This document shows positions 39,681-47,870 of a stretch of DNA of 64,000 bases, piece after piece; position 1 is the stretch's first letter; every line of letters begins with the position of its first letter. This stretch comes from Candidatus Krumholzibacteriia bacterium (GTDB lineage: Bacteria; Krumholzibacteriota; Krumholzibacteriia; LZORAL124-64-63), in the NCBI GenBank assembly GCA_046484865.1, contig JAWOID010000104.1:11037-75036 (forward strand), in the 5' to 3' direction. Below the pieces are notes generated by a model. It worked only from the letters and a program-made list of their open reading frames with translations. It had not been told where the DNA came from and did not search any database. The translations under genes were made by a program, and so were the position numbers.

Positions 39681-40301
39681 ATGAAGAAGTTGCTAGTCAT
39701 CCTGATGGTCGCCCTGATGGCTTCGGCCGCGGTCGCCCAGGATACCGGTACGGACAGCTTCGGCCTCTACTTCGACCCTGCATTCACCACGAACACGACC
39801 ACCGTTGCGGCGGGTACGAACTTCAATATGTACATGGCGATCGCCGGACCGACCGTCCGCGGCTGCGCCACGCTGGAAGTCCAGTTGGCCGTGGTTCCCG
39901 GCGATGCGTACGTGTTCGTCAACGGCACCGTGTGGAACGGCACCGAGGGCATCGATGTCGACGGCACGACCTGGGGCTTCATCGTCGGTTTCGGTACCCC
40001 GATGATGGCTGTCGACAACAACATCTATGTCGGGTACCTGGTGCTCTCGACCTTCTCGCCGAGCTTCACGTTCCTGGCCGGCCCGGTCTCGCAGCCGAGC
40101 ATCCCGAACGAGGCCTGCTACGTGGATCCGGACGACTTCGGCAACCTGGTCGTCCTGGAGTTCGCGACGGACGAGGACGGCATGGGTCGCGGCGCGAACG
40201 GCTGGCTGCTGCCCGGCTACGAGCTGGCAGCGGTGAACACCAATGCGGCCGTGAGTGCCGAGGACGCCACCTGGTCCGAGGTGAAGGGGATGTTCCGGTA
40301 G
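39681..40301 (+). CDS. Secreted beta-rich protein with C-terminal ATWSEVKGMFR tail (paralog A)
   Basis: AGGAG RBS; MKKLLVILMVALMASAAVA signal peptide; aligns by eye with 40672..41301. Confidence 0.85.
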   Translation: MKKLLVILMVALMASAAVAQDTGTDSFGLYFDPAFTTNTTTVAAGTNFNMYMAIAGPTVRGCATLEVQLAVVPGDAYVFVNGTVWNGTEGIDVDGTTWGFIVGFGTPMMAVDNNIYVGYLVLSTFSPSFTFLAGPVSQPSIPNEACYVDPDDFGNLVVLEFATDEDGMGRGANGWLLPGYELAAVNTNAAVSAEDATWSEVKGMFR

Positions 40302-40334
40302 ACCGGACCGTCTGACGTTCCTTCGCACAAGCGC

Positions 40335-40365
40335 ACGGGCGGCTCTGCCGCCCGGGCGTCTTTTT
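40335..40365 (+). terminator. Intrinsic terminator
   Basis: CGGGCGGC-TCT-GCCGCCCG followed by GGCGTCTTTTT. Confidence 0.65.
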
Positions 40366-40382
40366 GGCGCGGAGTTTGCGTC

Positions 40383-40411
40383 TTGACAGGAAATCTCGTT
40401 ACCTGGATATT
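40383..40411 (+). promoter_or_regulatory. Putative sigma70 promoter for paralog B (implies a leader of about 255 nt)
   Basis: TTGACA, 17-nt spacer, GATATT. Confidence 0.6.
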
Positions 40412-40671
40412 GCGCCTAGACCGCGCCCGGACGGGTCGGGCCGGTGCGGTGCGAAGGATTTCCAGGCCGGGTGATGCCGCAGCAGGCGGCGACTCGTTTT
40501 CCTGGCCGGACGGAGCCGGGGGTCGCCGCGCCCTGCGGTCGTTTGGCGAAAAGCCCGGACGCAGCCCGGGCCGAGAGCCTGATCCGCCCACGCGGCGGAT
40601 CGCGCCGGGGACGTGGGCTGATGAACCCAGGGCGAAGAGGGGACGACCAACAGAAAAGGGGTAAGGACGCC

Positions 40672-41301
40672 ATGAGGAAAACGATCAACGTGCTAGTCCT
40701 GGCCGCTCTGGCGGCATTCACGTTCCTCCTGCCGGCGGTCGGCCAGGCCGTCGAGCCCCCTCCGGGGCAGGATCGATTCGGCATCTACACGGCCGAGCAT
40801 TTCGACGATCCGCTGATGGACGACCACCTTCCGGTGGCCGGTCCTTCGGGCACCCTCTACAACTTTCCCTTCATCATCACGGGCATGACCGCGCCGTCCT
40901 GCCGGTGCGTCGAGTTCATCGTCACTCATGACCCAGGGATCGCGTTCAGCGGATTCACCTGGAACCAGAACAACATCGACATCGACAGCTCGCCGACCGG
41001 CGTCATCGCCGGGTTCGCGGAGCCCGCGATCCCGGTGTACGATGGGACCGACTATGCGTTCGTGGGTACCGCGGACATCCTGGTGTTCACCGATCAGCCC
41101 GTGCTGATCTACCTGAACCCGCACACCACGCCCTCGATCCCCGGCTTCATGACCTACTGCAACGGCCTGGACATCGGCGATCTGAAGGAAGTGCTGCCCT
41201 CGAGCGGCGCCTTCGAACTGCCGATCTTCGGGATCAACACGGACGTCCAGGTCCGCGCAGAGAGCGCCACCTGGTCGAGCGTGAAGGATCTGTTCCGGTA
41301 G
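40672..41301 (+). CDS. Secreted beta-rich protein with C-terminal ATWSSVKDLFR tail (paralog B)
   Basis: TAAGGA RBS; MRKTINVLVLAALAAFTFLLPAVGQA signal peptide; paralog of 39681..40301. Confidence 0.85.
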   Translation: MRKTINVLVLAALAAFTFLLPAVGQAVEPPPGQDRFGIYTAEHFDDPLMDDHLPVAGPSGTLYNFPFIITGMTAPSCRCVEFIVTHDPGIAFSGFTWNQNNIDIDSSPTGVIAGFAEPAIPVYDGTDYAFVGTADILVFTDQPVLIYLNPHTTPSIPGFMTYCNGLDIGDLKEVLPSSGAFELPIFGINTDVQVRAESATWSSVKDLFR

Positions 41302-41322
41302 ACAGGCCCACGCGAACGCGGG

Positions 41323-41350
41323 CAGGGGGCGGGGAAACCCGCCCCCTGTT
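41323..41350 (+). terminator. Terminator-like hairpin
   Basis: CAGGGGGCGGG-GAAA-CCCGCCCCCTG followed by TT. Confidence 0.65.
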
Positions 41351-41534
41351 CTCGTCCGGGGGCGGCGAGCGACCGGGGCCGTCGGACGACCGGGGATGGT
41401 CATAGCGATCGCGACGATGTCACGCTCGAGCGGCACGTTTTGCCGGTCGCGAGCCCGTGGCGGGAACATTCCACCACCGGTCCTGTTGACCGGGGAGCGC
41501 GGCCGGTGCACGGCCCGCGCGGCGTCCGCCCCCG

Positions 41535-41563
41535 TTGACCGGACCGGGGCGGTATCCTATACT
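41535..41563 (+). promoter_or_regulatory. Putative sigma70 promoter for the C25 peptidase-SpoIID-NagZ unit
   Basis: TTGACC, 17-nt spacer, TATACT. Confidence 0.65.
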
Positions 41564-41634
41564 TGTCGGCGAAGGCTGAGCCCTTCCCCGCCCCTGGTCG
41601 CTTCCGGCCCTACCCCTGCAGGAGCCGATGCCCG

Positions 41635-44600
41635 ATGGATCGTCCCGTGCGCCCGCGATCGCCCCGGCGCGTAGCTGCGCCGGAAGGCGGCGCTCGCGTG
41701 CTTTCAGCCGCCGGCCGGCGTCCGGCGGCGTTCCCGTGGTCGCCTCCCGCCGTGGTGGCGGTGGCCGCCGTCCTGGCAGCCATGATGGCGGCCGTGCTGA
41801 TGATGAGCGCCGTCGCCGCGCCGGCCCAGACCGCTGACGATCTGGCGCTGCCCGGCAAGGGCGACGCGCCCGCGGTCGCCGCCCCGGTGCCGTCCGACGC
41901 CGTGCCGGCCGACACCGTACCGTCCGACGCCGTACCGTCCGGACCGGGGCCCGAACGCGTGATCTTCAGCGATGGCGAGATGGTGCGGTTCCGGGTGGAG
42001 AACGGGGCGCCGCGGTGGGCGTTGCGCAGCCTGCGGGGCGGCGCGCTGGAGCTGTACGAGCCGCTCGTGGACGGCTACGTGAACGGAGGCGTGCCGGCGC
42101 GTCCGGCGTTGCCTCGCCGCGGCGGCTGGATCCTGGTGCCTCCGGGCACCCGGCCCGAGTTGAGGGTCGTCGAGGAGACCTGGGAGGATGCCGGCGGCCG
42201 TCCCCTGATGGTGGTGCCCACGCCGGTGGTGCCGCGGGCGGGAGCTGCGGAGGGCGAGGCGCCGCGGACCCTGGCGGAGCAGATCCTGCTGCCGGGCGAG
42301 GACCCCGGCGGCGACGCCGTCGTATCCCCCCGGATTCGCGAACAGAGCGAGCGGACACCGGTGGCGGTGGGCGGACCCGCCGTGCGGCTGGGGGAAGCGA
42401 GTTTCTGGCGTGGTCGGCGGGTGGCCGACTACGCGATCACCGCGGTCCAGAGCGACGAGGCCGGACGCGCCACGCGCTACCTGGCGGCAGGAACCTACGA
42501 GATCCGTTTCGTACCCGAGCCGCGACGGGATCCGGCGCTGGCCCGGGCGGCGGGAACCTATGCGCGGCGGCTGACGGGCCGCGGCGACGAGCGTTTCGGC
42601 TTCCTCTTCCTCAACGGCGGGCAACTGCCGTCGCTGCCCACCGAGGCGGCGGCAGGGGAGGTCGCGTTCGATCGCCCGCTCGCGGCGGCGGATCCGGCCC
42701 GGACCGCCGGCTACGAGCCGGCGCGCGGCGGCCAGGTGACGCCCCTCACCTCCGAGATCAAGCTGGTGGTGCGACGCACGCGGCTGTACCGGGTCACCGC
42801 GCAGTCCCTGCGCGACCGTGGCCTGATCACCGATCCGGACGTCCGCGAGGATCAGATCCGGCTGTACCAGCGACGGTACGTGGCCGAGCTGGACACGTGT
42901 GCCGGGTGCTCGGGCCCGCCCTGGATCGAGGTGGAGGTGCCGGTCCACCTGGTGGGCGACGGCGGCACCTTCGCCGGCGACGACGCCTTCTTCTTCCAGG
43001 GCCTGCGCCTGCGGGACGACCATGCCCACACCGCCGATCTCGGCGCCGGCCCGGTGGAGGTGCCCGGAGCCGGCGACCCGTTCGAGATGAACAACGCGGG
43101 CAACATCTACTGGCTGGCCTTCGCGGAGCCGCCCGCCGGCGGCGGCTGGTCCCGCATGGCGACCACCACGCTGCCGGCGGCCGCCGGCCCGCCGGAGCCG
43201 CGCTACCGCCGCAGCGACCACTTCGAGGAGGCGGTGGCGTTCCGGACGTACGTCCCCAACCGTCTGGTCGACCGGGTCTACGCCAACAACTACTTCGACA
43301 CCGCGGCGCGCCTGGGCATCACCTTCTGGTCGCCCGACCCGGCCGGCGGTCCCGTCGACCTCACGGCCCAGCTGGCGGCGCACGACAACAACGCCCGCAC
43401 GCTGGCGTTCGACCTGGAAGCGGGGGGCGTGCAGACGCCGCTCGGCCAGTACGAGACCGTCAACCGCAGCCTGGTCACCTTCGAGACCACGCTGGCGCCG
43501 AGCCAGATCACCGCGCGAACCATGGACCTCGTGATGACGCGGGGCGGCGGTCTGATGCTGTTCGGCTATCTCAACTGGGCGCAGGTGGAGTACGACGCCC
43601 TCTTCAAGGCCATCCAGGGCGAACTGCTGTTCCCCGGCGGCGATCAACCCGGTGTCAACGACATCGAGGTCACCGGCTTCGCGGACAGCGACCTGGGGCT
43701 GGTGGATGTGACCGACCCGCGCCGTCCGGTCCGCGTGCAACTCGGCCCGGAGAACGTGCAGCCCGACGGCGACGGCTACCGGCTATCGTTGCGCGTGGAC
43801 CAGAGCGAAGGCCGGCGCCGCTTCTTCGTCGACGAGCGCATGTTCGGTGACGGCACGGGCGAGATCCTCGCCTTCCTCGCCACCCGCGTGGACGATCCGG
43901 ACGACCCGACCGTAGCGACCGGGGGAGCGCCCGACCTGGTGGTCATCTCGCATCCGGTGTTCACCTCCGGGCTGGACCGCTGGATCCGGCACCGGCAGGA
44001 CCGCGCCGGCGGCGACCTGGCCGCGCACGTGGTGGAGGTGGACGACCTCTACGACTGGTACAACGGCGGCCTGCGCGATCCCTGGGCGCTGAAGCGCTTC
44101 ACCACGCACGCCATCAACCGCTGGGGCAGCTGGGCGCTGGTGCTCGTGGGCGATGCCAACGAGAACGCGCTCGAGCTGGGAGTCACCAGCGCCGCGCGGC
44201 CCTACGCCACCGACTGGGTGCCCACCCACCTGCACGGACAGGCGCTGTGGGGGTACGATCCGGCGCTGCTGGCCTCGGACAAGTGGTACGCCGTGCCCGC
44301 CGCCGACGACGACAACTGGCCGGAGTGGTACGGCCGGCCGCCTTCGAGCATGCTCACGGACATGTACGTCGGGCGCTTTCCCTGCAACAGCACGGCCGAC
44401 CTGGAGGCCATGATCGACAAGATCATCGCCACCGAGACGGTGCAGCCGGGCGAGACCTGGCGGCGCCGGGGCATCTTCATGGCCGACGATGCCTGGTCCA
44501 GCGGCTTCATCACTGACGGGGGGGGCGCCTATCTGCGCTACGACGGCGGCGAGCGCGACTTCCAGAACAGCGAGGAACTGATGGCGCAGGGGTGGGAGGA

Positions 44601-46248
44601 GAACGCCGCCGGCGTGGCTCTGACCGCCGATCGCCAGTTCCTCGACAGCTACCTGCCCGAAAGCGACCCCGCGCTGCCTCGCAACTGGGGCCAGTATCGC
44701 GAGTACGCGGCCAGCTACGCCCTGCAGCCGCTGCTGGCGTCGCTGTCGGCGGGCGGGCTGCTGGTGCACTACCAGGGGCACGCGAACGAGAACCTGCTGG
44801 CCCACGAGACCTGGTTCGAGGACGAGTTCGACCCCCTGTTCCGGCGCGACGTCAGCAGCCTCGCCAACCGGGGCCGCTACTGGGTATTCTTCGGCATGGG
44901 CTGCCATGTCACGCACCTGGCCCAGTCGACGGTGTACCCCGCGACGGGCAGCTTCCGGGAACCCAGCCTCGGCGAGAAGCTCGTGACCACCCCCGGCAAG
45001 GGTGCGGTGGCCACGTACGGCAGCTCGGGTTACGAGTACCGCGACACGAACAAGCGGGCCAGCGAGCTGATGCACCGCCGCTGGGTCTTCGAGCCGCCGA
45101 CCGTCTCGGTGGCGGGCGAGGCCGTCCACTCGCGCTGGGTGCTGGGCGAGCTGCTCTGGGCGGGCGAGGCCGACGTCCTGGCCACCTGGGGCAACAACGA
45201 CCCGCGCTACCGCGAACTGGTGGCCCAGTTCCTCCTCATGGGCGATCCGCTGATGGTCCTGGACGCCGGCGCCGCCGAGGTGACCGCCACCCTGCGGGGC
45301 AGTCCGGATCAGGAGATCGGCGGCGAGCAGGACCTGGTGGCCCTGGACGCGACCAACGTGCGGCGCCTCACCCTGGACATCGGCGACGAGGCCGGGGTGG
45401 CTCGCGTGCTCGTCCGCGATTCGGAAGGCGTGGTGCTGGCCGATGTGCGCGACCCCGCCGACGGCGGCGACGTGGCGGAGATCAGCTTCCCGCTGGCGCC
45501 GCAATCGCACCAGCGGGCGCTGGCCGAGCTGTCTCTCCCCGTGCGACCGTTCGATCACTCGCTGACGGTGCACGTCTTCGACACCGCCGACCGCAGCGAA
45601 CAGGATGACCACTGGCAGGTGCGGTTGCACCAGCGTCAGACGGCGGTCTTCGTGGCCGAGGGAGCACCGATCGATCCGCAGACGTACGAGTTCCCGCTGG
45701 ACACGCCGGTGGCGGTGAGCGCCGTGATCACCGGCGCGGCCTGGCTGGACGACGGCACCGAGGTCGCGCTCACGGGCCGCAATCTGGGCGTGAGCAACCT
45801 GCAGGTGGAACCGCTGGACGGGCGCACCCTGGAACTGAGTTTCACCGCGGTGGCCCACGCCGACACGCAGCAGTCGCGCGCCGTGCTGCTGTCCATCGAC
45901 GGATACGAGACGGAGCACGTGCTCGTGACCCGCACCGGCCCCGGACAGCAGGTGGCGGTCACCGATCTCTTCTGCTACCCGAATCCGCTGCGCGACGCGA
46001 CGCGATTCGTCTTCCGCTCCGGCGCATCGGCGGCGCCCGGCAGGGTCCTGGTCTACACGGTGAGCGGACGGCACGTGGCCGACCTGCCGTTCACCTACGG
46101 CGGGACCGGCGACGCGGTGGTCGACTGGAACGCACGCGACCGCGAGGGCGATCGGCTCGCCAACGGCGTGTACCTGTACCGGGTGGTCCTCGACACGGCG
46201 GCAGGCCGGGTGGCCAGCGACATGCAACGCCTGGTGATCATGCAGTGA
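41635..46248 (+). CDS. C25-family (gingipain/PorU-like) cysteine peptidase with C-terminal T9SS-CTD/FlgD-like domain
   Basis: Signal peptide; propeptide-like region (GVPARPALP); LYRVT; DLYDWYNGG..DPWALKRF; LVLVGDA; SDKWY; VGRFP; ADD; HYQGH (His 44779); GMGC (Cys 44902); SLGE; LLMGDP; CTD YPNPL..VYTVSGRHV..WNARDREGDRLANGVYLYRV..RLVIMQ. Confidence 0.85.
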   Translation: MDRPVRPRSPRRVAAPEGGARVLSAAGRRPAAFPWSPPAVVAVAAVLAAMMAAVLMMSAVAAPAQTADDLALPGKGDAPAVAAPVPSDAVPADTVPSDAVPSGPGPERVIFSDGEMVRFRVENGAPRWALRSLRGGALELYEPLVDGYVNGGVPARPALPRRGGWILVPPGTRPELRVVEETWEDAGGRPLMVVPTPVVPRAGAAEGEAPRTLAEQILLPGEDPGGDAVVSPRIREQSERTPVAVGGPAVRLGEASFWRGRRVADYAITAVQSDEAGRATRYLAAGTYEIRFVPEPRRDPALARAAGTYARRLTGRGDERFGFLFLNGGQLPSLPTEAAAGEVAFDRPLAAADPARTAGYEPARGGQVTPLTSEIKLVVRRTRLYRVTAQSLRDRGLITDPDVREDQIRLYQRRYVAELDTCAGCSGPPWIEVEVPVHLVGDGGTFAGDDAFFFQGLRLRDDHAHTADLGAGPVEVPGAGDPFEMNNAGNIYWLAFAEPPAGGGWSRMATTTLPAAAGPPEPRYRRSDHFEEAVAFRTYVPNRLVDRVYANNYFDTAARLGITFWSPDPAGGPVDLTAQLAAHDNNARTLAFDLEAGGVQTPLGQYETVNRSLVTFETTLAPSQITARTMDLVMTRGGGLMLFGYLNWAQVEYDALFKAIQGELLFPGGDQPGVNDIEVTGFADSDLGLVDVTDPRRPVRVQLGPENVQPDGDGYRLSLRVDQSEGRRRFFVDERMFGDGTGEILAFLATRVDDPDDPTVATGGAPDLVVISHPVFTSGLDRWIRHRQDRAGGDLAAHVVEVDDLYDWYNGGLRDPWALKRFTTHAINRWGSWALVLVGDANENALELGVTSAARPYATDWVPTHLHGQALWGYDPALLASDKWYAVPAADDDNWPEWYGRPPSSMLTDMYVGRFPCNSTADLEAMIDKIIATETVQPGETWRRRGIFMADDAWSSGFITDGGGAYLRYDGGERDFQNSEELMAQGWEENAAGVALTADRQFLDSYLPESDPALPRNWGQYREYAASYALQPLLASLSAGGLLVHYQGHANENLLAHETWFEDEFDPLFRRDVSSLANRGRYWVFFGMGCHVTHLAQSTVYPATGSFREPSLGEKLVTTPGKGAVATYGSSGYEYRDTNKRASELMHRRWVFEPPTVSVAGEAVHSRWVLGELLWAGEADVLATWGNNDPRYRELVAQFLLMGDPLMVLDAGAAEVTATLRGSPDQEIGGEQDLVALDATNVRRLTLDIGDEAGVARVLVRDSEGVVLADVRDPADGGDVAEISFPLAPQSHQRALAELSLPVRPFDHSLTVHVFDTADRSEQDDHWQVRLHQRQTAVFVAEGAPIDPQTYEFPLDTPVAVSAVITGAAWLDDGTEVALTGRNLGVSNLQVEPLDGRTLELSFTAVAHADTQQSRAVLLSIDGYETEHVLVTRTGPGQQVAVTDLFCYPNPLRDATRFVFRSGASAAPGRVLVYTVSGRHVADLPFTYGGTGDAVVDWNARDREGDRLANGVYLYRVVLDTAAGRVASDMQRLVIMQ

Positions 46249-47870
46249 ACCGCGGTTCGCCTGCAGGGAGGCGCATGCTGGACCGGGACGGGAAGGAACC
46301 CAGCGCCTCGCCGCGACAGCGACCGGCGCTGCACCGCGACCGCACGAGGCCGGCGGCCCGAGCGGGCGCGGTCGCAACACTCACCCCGGCGATCGTGGTG
46401 GTCGCTGTCGTGCTGGCGGTCCTGCTGGCCCTGGCCGGCTGCGCCGGCCCGCGCCGGGTGGTCGAGGAGCCGGCCGAGGTCGCCGTTCCCCCGGCGATCG
46501 AGTCGCCGGTGGCGCGGCCGCGGCCGTCGACAGGACCGCTGCTGGTGCGGGTGGGGATGGCCGTCGGGCAGCCGGAAGTCCACCTGACCGCCGACGGACC
46601 CTGCTACGTGCGGACGGTCGGCGGCGGGCCGGGCGGCGACGCGCCCGCCCTGGCCGGGCCGGGCGCGATCGGGTCGAGGGGACCGGGCGGGGCCGGTGGC
46701 GGGCGACCCGGCGACGGCACGGTGTTGCGGGCGCGTGAACTGCACGTCGCCCGCGACGGCGCAGCGGTGCGCTGGCGAACCGGCGATCACCGGGACCTGG
46801 CCCGGGCGGTGGTGCTGCAGCCCGTCGATCCCGCCCATCTCGTGCACTGGAACGACCTCTCCCTGCGGGGGGAGGTCGTCGTCTTCGGCGACCGCTCCGG
46901 TCGCGGACTCACCGTGGTGAACACCCTCGATCTCGAGGACTACCTGCGCGGCGTGGTGCCGTGGGAGATCGGCCGACCGGGTCCCGCCGGTCGGGCGGCC
47001 GTGGCGGCCCAGGCGGTGGCGGCGCGCACCTACACCGTGTCGCACCTGGGGGCTCGCGAGGCGCTCGGCTTCGACGTCTGGGCCGGAGTGGAGGATCAGG
47101 TGTACCGGGGCGCGGCGCAGGAAGATCCCGAGGCCAACCTGGCCATCGCCGGCACGGCCGGCCTGGTGCTCCGGCACGACGCCGGCGGGCCGGACGGCGG
47201 CGGCGGCGAGATCGAGGCGTTCTACAGCGCCGCCTGCGGCGGCAGCACGAGCCAGGTGGAGGAGGTGTGGCCCCGGCCCGCGCGTCCTTACCTGGTCTGC
47301 CATCCCGACGGGCCCGGCGCCGACGGTCTGCCCTGGTGCGCCGGCTCACGCCACTTCCGCTGGGTGGAGACCTGGACGCAGGCCGAGTTGCAGGAGATCC
47401 TCGAGCGCACCCTGCCCCCGTACGTGGAGCGCATGAGCCGGCGGGACCGGGCCGACTGGGCCGGCCCGTCGTTCACGCCCGCTCGGCCAGGCGACGGTCC
47501 CGGGCGGCCGGGACGCTGGCGCGACCTCGTGGTGGTCGAACGCACGCGCAGCGGGCGTGTCGCGCGCCTGGACGTGGTCTGCGAGGCCGGCACCTACCAC
47601 CTGCGCGGCGACCGCCTGCGCTGGGTCCTGGTCCCGGCCGACGGCGACCCCTTCATCCTGCGCAGCGCGGCCATCGACCTGGAGATCGACCGTCCGGCGG
47701 GCGCGCCGGCGACGGTGACGGTGCGCGGCGGAGGGTTCGGTCACGGGGTGGGCATGTGCCAGAGCGGAGCGCTGGCGATGGCCGCCGCGGGCAAGACCTA
47801 CCGCGAGATCCTGGCCCACTACTACCCGGGAGCCCGGCTCGAGCCGGTGGACGGGGAGGTCCGGCCGTGA
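46245..47870 (+). CDS. SpoIID/LytB domain lipoprotein (lytic transglycosylase-like)
   Basis: LAGC lipobox; VVNTLDLEDYLRGVVPWE, AQAVAARTY, DQVYRG, FYSAACGG, GFGHGVGMCQ.GA, ILAHYYPG. Confidence 0.9.
   Translation: MNRGSPAGRRMLDRDGKEPSASPRQRPALHRDRTRPAARAGAVATLTPAIVVVAVVLAVLLALAGCAGPRRVVEEPAEVAVPPAIESPVARPRPSTGPLLVRVGMAVGQPEVHLTADGPCYVRTVGGGPGGDAPALAGPGAIGSRGPGGAGGGRPGDGTVLRARELHVARDGAAVRWRTGDHRDLARAVVLQPVDPAHLVHWNDLSLRGEVVVFGDRSGRGLTVVNTLDLEDYLRGVVPWEIGRPGPAGRAAVAAQAVAARTYTVSHLGAREALGFDVWAGVEDQVYRGAAQEDPEANLAIAGTAGLVLRHDAGGPDGGGGEIEAFYSAACGGSTSQVEEVWPRPARPYLVCHPDGPGADGLPWCAGSRHFRWVETWTQAELQEILERTLPPYVERMSRRDRADWAGPSFTPARPGDGPGRPGRWRDLVVVERTRSGRVARLDVVCEAGTYHLRGDRLRWVLVPADGDPFILRSAAIDLEIDRPAGAPATVTVRGGGFGHGVGMCQSGALAMAAAGKTYREILAHYYPGARLEPVDGEVRP

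Noticed and set aside
40615..40660. Hammerhead ribozyme suggested by CTGATGA
   Set aside because: No valid stem II followed by GAAA, and no stem III with a cleavage triplet.
38760..41301. RiPP precursors or toxin-immunity genes
   Set aside because: The proteins are about 210 aa with Sec signals and no toxin motifs, and the radical SAM/SPASM gene is 13 kb away in an LPS context.
38405..41350. Genomic island integrated at tRNA-Val (also considered for tmRNA and tRNA-Asp)
   Set aside because: No integrase or transposase and no duplicated tRNA 3' end were found in the window.
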